Shown one piece after another: positions 24,861 through 35,949 of a DNA stretch of 64,000 nt. The position numbers and the translations under genes were made by a program. The DNA is from Macrostomum lignano (taxonomy: Eukaryota): contig NIVC01001813.1 in the NCBI GenBank assembly GCA_002269645.1, positions 1 through 64,000 on the forward strand. The letters run 5' to 3'. How positions within the stretch are numbered: the first letter of the stretch is position 1; every line of letters begins with the position of its first letter. The notes beneath the pieces were generated by a model. That model was not told the DNA's origin, searched no databases, and saw nothing but the letters and a program-made list of their open reading frames with translations.

Positions 24861-24933
24861 CTTATGATGCCCGCCATTGCCACAATTACATTTGTGAAGT
24901 GATTGGTTTGTTCCAACGATCGCTTGTCCTGCC

Positions 24934-25759
24934 TCAGCCGTGCACTTTCGTCCAGATTGAACTCGCCTCGCTGGCGACCTCGCTGGGCACAGCGGCGAAT
25001 CTCATGAGGCGGCACATTCGGCTGGACTGCACGAAGGCGCAGGCGAGGCAGTCCGGGCTGCGGTGGCAGGCGGCCGCGCACTCGATGGCGTTGGCGGTTT
25101 TCAGACTGGCCAGGGTGGCGTTTGATGAGGCTGGCGGGTCAATCATCTTGTTGAAGATGCCAGCGGCTGACACTGGGGATTTGGATGAAGCAGAATCTTT
25201 TCCGCATAGATACCCATACGCTCGTATCATATAACTAAATCTGTGGAAGTCAGTCAATCAGTCCGCGTGTATTCATGCGCTCACCAGGAGACGGCTTATC
25301 CGAAGTTGGATCTGCTGTCGGAGTCGCATAGACATTCTCGTAGACGGAGTTCCGGGCCCCGCCGCCGCATTTCTCAGCAGAGTTTCCGGTGCACGGGAAG
25401 CTGCACTGCGACTCCGCCGCGGTGCCGTACAGTCCGTACTCGTTGTCGCAGCTGCAGTCGTGATAGTTCTGCAGAGCGAAGTAGCGGAAGCTGCCCAGCG
25501 AGCAGATGTGGCTGCACAGAGCCACCGTCAGGTCGGACATTCGCTTTACAAAAGCCTGGACAGAGTTCACCGTGTACTCTCCGATGCTGCTCATGCCAGA
25601 CAGGCCGTCCAGGTCGCGGACTCCGAGCGGGTTGTCCACATAGCAGCCGATGTAGCTGGTGGAGGCCACGGTGCTGGCTTCGAGAGCGGCGGCCGAGGTG
25701 AACACCGCCACCAGCTTTAGCAGCAGCGATGTGGCTAGCAGCTGTCTCAGGGCGGTCAT
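24934..25759 (-). CDS. Secreted WSC-domain protein with a downstream PAN/apple-like module; exons 25285-25759 and probably 24934-25220
   Basis: Signal peptide MTALRQLLATSLLLKLVAVFTSAAA; WSC cysteine pattern YIGCY..CSHIC..YFALQ..CSCDN..C..PCTGN..CGG; phase-1 donor G|GTGAGC at 25284; second exon with PAN-like CAAAC..C...F...CRL. The acceptor choice is ambiguous (see findings). Confidence 0.8.
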
Positions 25760-26029
25760 ACTCACGTATCAGAAGATTTCAAGAGTTAAAATATGACTCA
25801 ACAAGCTTTGAGAATTTTTAACCATTCCGTCTTAAACTAAATCTCTCTGTCTGAAGGCATCTTAAGCAGAGGGCTGATTGAGCTCTCAGCCAATCGCAGA
25901 GTGGGAGAGAGGAGAGTTAGAGAGGGGACTGGAAGATTCGTCTCGGTTTCATCAAAACTGAGCACCTTTAAAGATGCGAGAATAGCTAGGTTTCGATACT
26001 ATCGATTGTTGGCGTCATTTAACATGTTA

Positions 26030-26600
26030 CCATTTCATTTGCAGTTTACCATTTCATCTGCAGTTTACCATTTCATCTGCAGTTTACCATTTCATCTGCA
26101 GTTTATACCATTTCATCTGCAGTTTACAATTTCATCTGCAGTTTACAATTTCATCTGCAGTTTACCATTTCATTTGCAGTTTACCATTTCATTTGCAGTT
26201 TACCATTTCATCTGCAGTTTACCATTTCATCTGCAGTTTACCATTTCATCTGCAGTTTATACCATTTCATCTGCAGTTTACAATTTCATCTGCAGTTTAC
26301 AATTTCATCTGCAGTTTACCATTTCATCTGCAGTTTACCATTTCATCTGCAGTTTACCATTTCATCTGCAGTTTATACCATTTCATCTACAGTTTACCAT
26401 TTCATCTGCAGTTTACCATTTCATCTGCAGTTTACCATTTCATCTGCAGTTTACTATTTCATTTGCAGTTTACCATTTCATCTGCAGTTTATACCATTTC
26501 ATCTGCAGTTTACCATTTAATCTGCAGTTTACCATTTCATCTGCAGTTTATACCATTTCATCTACAGTTTACCATTTCATCTGCAGTTTACAATCTGCAG
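26030..26600. repeat. 19/21-bp minisatellite (TTACCATTTCATCTGCAGT)n
   Basis: About 29 copies. It explains ORFs 25901-26608 and 26193-26708. Confidence 0.95.
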
Positions 26601-27801
26601 CTGAATGAATGCAGCTGCGCCACTACTCGCTCTCAGCATCGCGACGCTAATGTCCAGTTAGGCAGCATTCTGAGCCGCGTCTCGAAGTCGGCCAGCTTCC
26701 TCACCTGATCGGCCGGAAGAAGGCGCCGTAGAGCAGCCAGGTCACGTGACTGCCGGAGGACCGCGGCTCCTCGAAGCATCGTTGCACAGCCAGCAGACAG
26801 CGGCTGGCCGCCAATTTCACCACGGAAACAGCGAAGCGCTAGATGTGAGATCAGGGTCACCAATTCGGATGCCAGGGTCACTGCACCATGCACCCAAGAA
26901 CATCTTAAGAACATCTACTTGAGAAGTCCTTGCATGCACCCCGCGACCAGTGTACATGTACCTCGTACTCATAATGTTATTGTCGGCAAAGCGCAACATG
27001 TGTCGTGAACATGCATGTACACAATTATGCAGACTGAATTTTTTGTACATGTACATGTAGCGGATCGTCAGGTAGGCCACCAAGGGCATAGTCAAATAAT
27101 GTTGGTTAGTTGTGGAGTTCGGTATAGATGAAAACCCAAAAATACGAGCGTACTTACAAGGAGCAGGCGAAGCCTTCATGGAAGAGTTTTGATAATTTTT
27201 CCAAGCCTGAGATTTCAAACAAGGCATCGCATGCAAAAAAGTCGATCCATGCTAACTTCCTCCCCGAACCAAGCCAAGGACCACTAAAAAAAGTTACCGC
27301 GGTAATTGCAACCCCCCAGAGCCCCACCAGGGCTGATCCGCGGGAAGCTAGCTCTTTCCCCCGTTTAATTAACAACTTTAACAATTGCAACACTAGACGA
27401 TACAACGGAAACATCTAGTGGTCCTTGAACCAAGCTTTAGACTAAATATATATTTTGGAAACCGTAATTTTTAGCTTTTCCTGCCACCAAAATTAACAAT
27501 TTTCTTTAACAAAAGAAAATGTTAGTTCATTAGTTTTTTTTATTCTTCGTGTTTGCATCGTATATTTTTGCAACTTTAAAAAATTAAACAAAAACAAACA
27601 ATATTTTTGCATATATTTGGCAAAAATAAGCTAGTAATCTACTAAATCAAAATTTTTAACTTATGAGTCTATATAATTTTTATTAATAAGTTTAATAAAA
27701 AAAATTAGTAATAGAGTTTAGCCTGTATTTTAACTTTGTGTATAAAAAACGATAATTAGTATAGAGCTGATTCGAAAACGTCAAACTCGACGTATATCTA
27801 G

Positions 27802-28061
27802 AGGCTTTTCATATTACCGATTCCAGAATCAGAATCGGTTCGGATCTTCCAAGAAAAACAGCAGTATAACTATTTAATTCTGTTGAATGTTTGATTGCCT
27901 TAACAACCTCACTTAGCACAATTTTTCGCTTTCTTCTTGGCGATTGTCATTCAATAATAAAAACTTTATAGCACGTATCTCCCTCTAGTTATGGAGACAA
28001 AAAGTTATACTTCACAAATTGGTTCTGGTTCTGGAACCAGAACAAGCAATATGAAAAGGCC
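27802..28061. mobile_element. About 260-bp MITE with imperfect terminal inverted repeats (possibly PIF/Harbinger-like)
   Basis: Left AGGCTTTTCATATT..TTCCAGAATCAGAATC (27802-27836) versus right GGTTCTGGTTCTGGAA..AATATGAAAAGGCC (28021-28061). The family assignment is a guess. Confidence 0.55.
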
Positions 28062-28287
28062 CCTATTCGACACTAGACGTACGACATAGACAGTATCAAA
28101 TACTATGTACATCAAATACTATATGCATCATTTTTTAGCACAAGTGGTAAAGTAAATCATGTCGTCTTTAAATTTAAAACACTGCTGCTATTTTGTTTTT
28201 AAGATTATTTATTTGATATATCAAGCACAAGGTAACTATTTCGTATTTATTTGGCTTTGCCTTTAACCCTAGGAAGTATTTGAAGGC

Positions 28288-28632
28288 CATTTTTTTATTA
28301 GAGGCAGGGGGGTTGTGTGCACCCTGGCACAAGGCACAATGTTCACATAGGCGACATAGGCACACAACTGGCGAGAGGCATTACTGCCCATTCCGCCGAC
28401 TCCCTTAGCAGGCACACAAGCGCGCAGATATGTACGCAGGCACACACTCACACAGGAGTGTACAGTGGCATATACACTTTACTGCGCCTTGGGGGGTTGG
28501 CTCTCAAGGCCGTTAATTGCACAAGCAGAGCCAAGCCGAGATTCCAATTCTGCCCCAAATTAATGTGACTGCACTTGGAATCAAGCCTGGGTCGCTGGCA
28601 CACCAGAGCCTGCGATAGACTGCTGGGCTACA
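28288..28632 (-). mobile_element. tRNA-derived SINE, full-length-looking copy with A-rich tail
   Basis: Minus strand has TAGCCCAGCAG (A-box-like) and GGCTTGATTCC (B-box-like) at about 28575-28630, and the tail CCTCTAATAAAAAAA. The body is closely similar to 63776-64000. Confidence 0.75.
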
Positions 28633-29572
28633 GCCCCCAATTTCAAGGCCATATATTACATTTAAAAGTATTTAGAATGCACCTTCATTTCCATTTTTAA
28701 TTATTATTTATTTTAGGTTTTGACTTGCTTACTATTCCAATTTTTACTGCTTGATAAAATATTTTTTGATTCTTGAGTAAGTCCTGGAGTCAATTTAAAT
28801 TTTAATCATCATCTGCTCAACTCTAGCCTCTAGGTACAAGATACTAAACTCAATAAATTTTGTACTCACTATACAGGCTTTTCTAGGCATTGTTTAGCCT
28901 AATTTTAGTATTATAATGAAATGATAAATGATATGATATAATATTGATAAATATGATATGACAAATGATATAAGTGTAGGGACTGATAATTGGCAGTTGT
29001 TATTTATTATTATTATAGTGACTATATAAACTATAAAAAATACTTCAAAGATATTTCAATTCCTAATTTAATTACATTAAAATTATTTCATTTGTATTTT
29101 AGACTTATAATATTTTCATTTAGTATATTAGAAGATAAGCAACTTGATAAATATCAAGAAATCAAGAAATGTATATTTTTTGTTTGTTTGCTGAAATTTA
29201 CTCTAAAGTTTTTAATTTGTCCTTGGACCTTCCTAGCACCCTAGTCTATTCTTTATATTCCCCTTTGTCTTCTTTTTGGTATGCCTATATTATATGCTTT
29301 GCTTAGCCATAACAAGAGCCAGTTAGCATGACTTGCTATTTTCCTATTCAGTAAAGTGAGAAAAGGTAGTGGCCTTATTGCCTATAGATATAGGCTATCA
29401 AGTTACATTTGTTTTGCTTTAATATAAATTAGAAAATAAAAAATAATAAGCAAATTTATTCAATTATCTTCATCTTACTGCTCCAATCATGTGATTGTGC
29501 AAGAACTTGATTGGACTTGACTATCCAAAGTCTTGAGTCTGACTGACTTTTATAGGCCTGTGCCAAAGCACA

Positions 29573-32500
29573 ATGTCTGGCACTCATGGACTGTCAAGTC
29601 AGCTTGACAGAGAAATTCCAAACTGTTCTGACTCTCAGCAGCTGGGAACTGGCGATGGGAACTGGAAGAAGAGGTCAGTAAATACCAGTATATTCATAGT
29701 TACATCATTTTCATTATATTATAAGTTTTCTCTTCTCTCCAGGATTCGAACCCCTGTCCACCCACTTAGACAATGGTTGCTGATACCAATGGGCTATTTT
29801 AATCTGAGTCTGTCAGAATTTATTTCCATCTGACTGGGTCTCGAACCCCCGTCCTTCCGGGTGGAGGTCAAGCGCGGTTGGCAGTAGGCCATGCAAATCC
29901 CCAGTCGTTCAGAGTTGCAGCCGCACTATAAACTATTAATTTGTTTTCGCCACCTTAAAGACGGCAACTGCAGCGCCTGCGACAAGCGGCGGACGCCGAA
30001 GAAGACGAGCTGAAACGGCGCGAGGCCGCCCTCGCTCTGCGCCGTCAACGGCTGCTGGAAGCCACTGAGGGCTTGCAAAGGCAGCAGCAGCGGATGCGCA
30101 GCCTGTCGGATGTTGCCAGCGCCAGGAGCGACAATGCTGAGCACTGGGAGCTTTGTGAGCCTGTCTCAGTGCCTGTCTGCTGTTTTAGTGTCTGCCTGTC
30201 CTAGTGTGTGTCTGCCTGTCCTAGTGTGTGTCTGCCTGTCCTAGTGTGTGCCTGCCTGTCCTAGTGTGTGTCTGCCTGTCCTAGTGTGTGTCTGCCTGTC
30301 CTAGTGTGTGTCTGCCTGTCATACTGTGTGTCTGGCTGTCCTAGTGTGTGTCTGCCTGTCCTAGTGTGTGTCTGCCTGTCCTAGTGTGTGTCTGCCTGTC
30401 ATACTGTGTGTCTGGCTGTCCTAGTTTCTGTCTGCCTGTCTGTCTGTCTGTTTAATTCCCATAGTTTTTCAGTTTCCCCAATCCCCACAATTTCGCAGGG
30501 CAACCCAACAACTTAAATTCGGTTGGCCTGTTAAATGCCGGTCGCCTGGAAGACACGTGGCGCCTACTTAAAGTAGCGCCCCCGGTTGCTAAGGCATCTA
30601 CAAGGCGACAGCGGCAGCGCAGTCGCGGTCATTCACCTAAACAGCAGCAGCAGCGGAGGGCGCACTCCTCCGCGCCTACTCGAGTCGAAGCGGTCAGTTT
30701 TGCCGAGAAATATCGACCGAAAAAAATGCACAAAACCCGCTGTTGCCAGGGACGCGGCTTGCTTGGCAACAGTACACCTGTTGACAGTGGCAATGATTGG
30801 GTCGGTCTGCGCGACTGGGAAACTCAGCAGACAGCGCTGGCTCGCGTTGCTATGGAAACGGCAGTCAATAGCAGCGCAGCATTGATAAAGCCGGTTACCA
30901 TGGAAACTAAAGTTAAACCAGTGCAAACTAAGCCTCTTGCAGTGGCAGCTGATAAACGTTTCAGAGCCAAACAGATCACCTTTGCAACTGAGAACGCTGA
31001 GCCTGAAAATAAAACGGACTTTGAGCCCCCCGTTTCCATGGTGATTGAGTACAAGCCGCTGTCACCGAGTTCTCAGGCTGAGGCTCAAGATGCCGATGAG
31101 TCTGCGCCGGTGACCGTCCAGCCGCTCAGTTCGGTACCTGCGGTATCGACCGTTGCTGACGAGGCCTCAGCTGATGCGCCCGATGAGGCGCCTGACGATG
31201 CAGCCCGGGACCTCAGCAGCTCCATAGAAACCGCGGCTGCTGCGCTTGCTAAGCTGCCAACAGGCTCGAACTCGAAGCCGTCTCCAGTGTACACAACTGT
31301 CCCGCTGCCGGTTGCTAAGGCTGTTGCTGCATTCGATCCGCAACCGGCTGAAATTGGATTGGTTAAGCAGCAGCCCGTTGGCATAGCAACCAGGGAAGCG
31401 GAAACTGCCGCTCCGCCGGAGCGCAGGCGCAGCATTCTGAGGACCCCCGGCCGGCAGCAGCGCAAGAGCGTCCGGTTCGCCGACTCGGCGCTCGTCTCCA
31501 GCAGCCGGAGTCCGGGCTCCAGCGTGCGGTCTCCGGTTGTTGCCGATGCTCGCGATGGTGATGATGAAGCTGATGGTGATGTTGAGCAGTGGGATGCTGC
31601 GCCCACGAGTTCTCCGTTGATCCCGCCGCCGCCGCCTCCGCTGCAGCGGCCTCAGAGCCAGCAACAGCGGCAGTCAGCATCGCAACCGTCTCGCAGCCTC
31701 CTGATGCGGCGCCGACTGCTGGAAGCGAACATCCCGATGCTCACCGAGCAGCGGCCGGCCGCCTCCGCCATCCTGCTGGCCGAGCGGCGCCGCTTCCTGA
31801 CCGTCGGCCAGGCGGCGTCGCCGAGTCCGCCGAGTTCGGGTCCAGGTGAGCCGCAGCCAGCCGTGCGGGTGGTGCACCATCACTTCGGGCACCGGCCTGC
31901 GGGGCTCCGGCAGCAGCAGCAGCAGCAGCACTTCCACTCCGTCAGCTCGCATCAGCAGCGAAGGCAAGCGACTGCGGCTATCGCGAGGAAGCTGGAGGAC
32001 TCCACTGTGGCCGGGTCTGCCGGCTCCATCGTGTTTCCTGGTGGGTGCTCACCATTGCTGTTGTTTTAAATCTTGAAACCGTACCTCACCGCCCTGAACC
32101 CGTAGCTCACAGCCCTGAACCCATAGCTCAAAGCCCTGAACCCGTAGCTCAAAGCCCTGAACCCTTATCTCAAAGCCCTGAACCCGTAGCTCAAAGCCCT
32201 GAACCCTTATCTCAAAGCCCTGAACCCGTAGCTCAAAGCCCTGAACCCGTAGCTCAAAGCCCTGAACCCGTAGCTCAAAGCCCTGAACCCGTAGCTCAAA
32301 GCCCTGAACCCATAGCTCAAAGCCCTGAACCCGTAGCTCAAAGCCCTGAACCCGTAGCTCAAAGCCCTGAACCCGTAGCTCAAAGCCCTGAACCCGTAGC
32401 TCAAAGCCCTGAACCCGTAGCTCAAAGCCCTGAACCCGTAGCTCAAAGCCCTGAACCCATAGCTCAAAGCCCTGAACCCGTAGCTCAAAGCCCTGGACCC

Positions 32501-34271
32501 TTATCTCAAAGCCCTGAACCCATAGCTCAAAGCCCTGAACCCGTAGCTCAAAGCCCTGGACCCTTATCTCAAAGCCCTGAACCCATAGCTCAAAGCCCTG
32601 AACCCATAGCTCAAAGCCCTGAGCCCATATCTCAAAGCCCTGAACCCGTAGCTCAAAGCCCTGAACCCATAGCTCAAAGCCCTGAACCCTTATCTGAAAG
32701 CCCAGAAACTGTAGCTCAGTCCCAGCCCACTCTCCCATCAAATGCTCAAACTTTGTTTCTGCTCAGCCAGCATAAACTCAAACTCGAATCCCAACTCGGA
32801 TTGCTCACCGAACTCGCAGCCCCACAGCCGCAGAAGGAATTTCTCAGGGTATCGAATTTCAGTCCAAGTGATGCCGGCGACTCCAGCGGTAAAATGCCAA
32901 GTCCTGGAAGGCTTGCTGAAAAAATCAATAACTGCTTTGTGTGCCTGCAAAGTTAGACTAATTCAGTCTTTAGTCTCCTAGCCGGCTGTGTAAACTGTCT
33001 GCTTATGCGATTTCTTCAATGTTTAATCTTCATTTTATTGTCGGTGGGATAATATCCCAATCCATATTATCACAATCCATCCCAATCCACACCCAGTGGG
33101 ATAATATCCCAATCTACACCCAATGGGATCATATCCCAACCCACACCCAGCGGGATCATATCCCAATAATCCACAGCCAGTGGGATAATATCCCAAAAAT
33201 TCACACCCAGTGGGATAATATCCCAAAAATTCACACCCAGTGGGATAATATCCCAATCCACACATAGCGGGATAATATCCCAATCCACACCCAGCGGGAT
33301 CATATCCCAATAATCCACAGCCAGTAGGATAATATCCCAATAATCCACACCCAGTGGGATAATATCCCAAAAATTCACACCCAGTGGGATAATATCCCAA
33401 TAATCCACAGCCAGTGGGATACTATCCCAATCGAAAGCCAGATTCTTCAGTGGATTAACACTAATTCAAAAAAGAAACATGGGAATATTGTGACGTGTTC
33501 TAATCGTTAATCCGAACTTTTTCTGTCTTAAAAATTATAATTCTACATTTGCTCTTTAGTGCTTTTAGTCAAAACTATGTACTTGTAGAAAAAAATACTA
33601 TAATTCGCGTAATATCTATAATCACTTAAAATATACAGTAATAGTATTTCTAAATTATTGATTCCTTCGTAATGATCCAATTTGTGCAATCGGAAGCTAC
33701 CTGTAAAATTTGGGATTTCATCAGTCATTCCTCCTTCCCTGCAGGCCTGTCACCCTCGGCCAGCCCACGCAGCGCGCAGTCGCTGAGCCTTTCGCATCCC
33801 AGCATCCGGGTTCTGCATCAGCGAGAGCCCGCCGCCGCTGTTCGGGGTGAGTCTGTCCTTCCTTTCATCTCCCACATCTCACACCCTTCCCATTCCCTTC
33901 ATCTCACACCCTTCCCATTCACTTCATCTCACACCCTTCCTTCTTTCCATCTCACACACTTCCCACTCCCACATCTCCCATCCTTCATCTTACACCCTTC
34001 CCATTCCCTTCATCTCACACCTTTCCCATTCACTTCATCGCCCACCCTTCCATTCCCTTCATCTCACACCCTTTATTTCCTTCATCTCACACCCTTCTTT
34101 CCATCTCACACTCTTCATTCCCTTTATCTTACACCCTTCCCATTCAATTCATCTCACACCTTCCATTCCCTTCATCTCACAGCCTTCTTATTCCCTTCAT
34201 CTCACACCTGCATCATGATCCCCTGTTGAATTGCAGCCGGCGCACCTCCGGCGGAGCTGTGCAATTTCTAA
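29573..34271 (+). CDS. Uncharacterised coiled-coil plus long disordered protein with PP1-docking motifs; exons 29573-29673, 29961-30154, 30499-32069 (or spliced at 32040 to 33745-33846 and 34237-34271)
   Basis: The phases chain consistently (2, then 1) through GT-AG sites. Exon 2 encodes RQLQRLRQAADAEEDELKRREAALALRRQRLLE. Exon 3 is open from 30499 into ORF 30726-32069. The optional downstream exons are phase-1 compatible but less certain. No family recognised. Confidence 0.6.
29735..29895 (-). mobile_element. Two degenerate tRNA-derived SINE heads in intron 1
   Basis: Minus strand reads TAGCCCATTGGTA...GGGGTTCGAATCC (about 29740-29795) and TGGCCTACTG...GGGGTTCGAGACC (about 29837-29893). Neither folds as a full tRNA. 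Confidence 0.45.
30190..30450. repeat. 20-bp intronic tandem repeat (CTAGTGTGTGTCTGCCTGTC)n
   Basis: About 12 copies, filling intron 2 of the 29573 gene. Confidence 0.93.
30585..31390. promoter_or_regulatory. Exonic cluster of RFX X-box motifs
   Basis: GTTGCTATGGAAAC 30846-30859, GTTACCATGGAAAC 30894-30907, GTTTCCATGGTGAT 31032-31045 and GTTGGCATAGCAAC 31377-31390, plus weaker matches at 30585, 30742, 30757, 30975, 31218 and 31311. Function is not demonstrated. Confidence 0.55.
32085..32700. repeat. 21-bp minisatellite (CCCTGAACCCGTAGCTCAAAG)n
   Basis: About 29 copies. It explains the SPEPVAQ-repeat ORF 32045-32956. Confidence 0.95.
33045..33430. repeat. About 27-30-bp tandem repeat whose unit contains the hairpin TGGGAT-AAT-ATCCCA
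   Basis: About 13 copies, each carrying a 6-bp inverted repeat. Confidence 0.9.
33870..34210. repeat. About 25-bp degenerate pyrimidine-rich tandem repeat (CCTTCCCATTCCCTTCATCTCACAC)n
   Basis: Fills the putative intron 33847-34236. Confidence 0.85.
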
Positions 34272-35307
34272 GAAACAAAAAATTCGCTCGTCAGCCTTTC
34301 AGTCCGAGAGAATTTCTTTTCTGCGCTAATTTTTAATTTTCTAAGATTTTTTTTGTACTTTACACTTTCCCTATTCTGTCCTGTATTATCCTGTAACAAT
34401 AGTCGATGACCGCCGCCTCCTGCTTTGATACTCGAATTTCTTTGCCTCACACACTGGCTGTGACCGCCTCTGGTTTTAATTCTCCTAGTTTAGTGCAAGT
34501 CGAATTATCATATCTCCCGATCTTCCTGTAATCTGATATCTAAAAGCAAACTGCTGACTGCTACTGCCGTTTTGATTTCATAGAGAAGCCACCTCTACCA
34601 GCCATCCTATCAGGTTTATTGCTTGCATCGAATTTTCCAATTTTATTTCCGCCTAATTTGCTTTTTTTCTTGAGCTTAGATTAAAAGCCGCCTTTTCTAC
34701 AGAGATTTTTCCAGTGTTTTGCTGCATTTTCTGCTATTTTGATAAACTGCCTGTCCTCTTTGCTTTGCGCTCTCTACAACTGTTCGTTTTGATATCCTTA
34801 ACAGCAAATTGCTTTGTAGTTCGCAGTTTAGTGCTCCTTTAAACTCACAGATGTCACGGGCTTTGGAAACAAAAGCTTTTCATTCGATGTACACGTGTTT
34901 CTAAAAATAGAACGCAACTTATCATTCGGTGTACACGTGTTTCTAAAAATAGAACGCACTGTTCTGCTCTCTCTGTTCAAGTCGCTTGTTTCTAAAAATA
35001 GAACCTGTGGAATTCCATATCAATGTACACATTCTGCTATAAATAGAACAACCTTGACAATAATTTTTGAAGACTGTTTATTTTATAAGGAAACCATATT
35101 TCTTCTTACATGTTTCCTATTGGTTAAAATTAATAATGGTTAACAACGCGGTTAGTAAGCATCCACTGTTATAAAAAATACAAATTTGATGCTTGTTTGA
35201 TATTCTTTAGCCTTCAAATACAAATTCTTGATAGATTTTTTAGATAAAGATTTTTGCTTTCTAATTCTTTTGCTTTCTGACGATATTTTAAGTTCGCTGG
35301 AATGAAC

Positions 35308-35627
35308 TCATGTGACCAGAACCCCTGCGTATCACGTGACCTACAGTCGCTTGCTTTAGATTTGACTCACTTGTAATTAATCACGTGACAAATATCCAAT
35401 AGAGCACGTATAGAAGTTTAATTAGTCACGTGACTAGAACCCAAACAGAGTTTTGTTAAAAAATCTTATTGGTCACGTGACTAGAACTCACTGCGTATCA
35501 CGTGACCTAGCGTCCCTATTTTAGAATTGTTTGCAGATTTTAATTTAGTCACGTGATTTTTTAACTCTCTTGTAATCTGTTTGGTCCCCTGTCCAGTCTG
35601 GGTCAGCAATCCAGGCAGTCACGTGAC
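35308..35627. promoter_or_regulatory. Cluster of TCACGTGA (CLEAR/USF-type E-box) motifs upstream of BBIP1
   Basis: TCACGTGA at 35332, 35381, 35426, 35473, 35498, 35549 and 35619, plus TCATGTGAC at 35308. Three copies are full GTCACGTGAC palindromes. Confidence 0.6.
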
Positions 35628-35697
35628 TGTGCGCGTGTCTCTTATCTTCAATCGCCACCTGATTCATGACAAACATAGCGCCCCGGCCTCTCATGCA

Positions 35698-35949
35698 ATG
35701 ATGGCCAGCAGCACGCAGCAGCAGCAGCAGCAGCAGTTGTCGCAGAAAGACGCTCTGAAGCCGGTCCTGCCGCAGCACGGAATGCTGTTCCAGGAGCACA
35801 TTCCCTCCGCTGTGCTGTGCAAGCCCAAGCTGCTGCCATTGAAGTCTTTCACCCTTGAACGGCTGGAGTTGCTGCAGAGAGACGCGGAGGAGACTGTGAA
35901 ACGGCTGCAGCTCGAGGAGACTGGAGGCGGGCCCAGCGATGGCCGGTGA
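35698..35949 (+). CDS. BBIP1: BBSome-interacting protein 1 (BBIP10/BBS18), 83 aa, single coding exon
   Basis: VLPQHGMLFQEHIPSAVLCKPKLLPLKSFTLERLELLQR matches the BBIP1 signature VLP..G.LF.E....VLCKPKLLPLKS.TLE.LE. First ATG at 35698. Confidence 0.9.
   Translation: MMASSTQQQQQQQLSQKDALKPVLPQHGMLFQEHIPSAVLCKPKLLPLKSFTLERLELLQRDAEETVKRLQLEETGGGPSDGR

Noticed and set aside
26633-27418. GC-rich ORF fragments and TACATGTA repeats upstream of the WSC gene
   Set aside because: There is no recognisable domain or consistent splice chain. It may be a UTR exon (minus-strand donor near 26708) or decayed sequence.
32045-32956. SPEPVAQ-repeat ORF
   Set aside because: It is a 21-bp minisatellite with a non-ATG start, most likely intronic or 3'UTR. 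A short exon at 32767 onward is possible, but I could not chain its phase.
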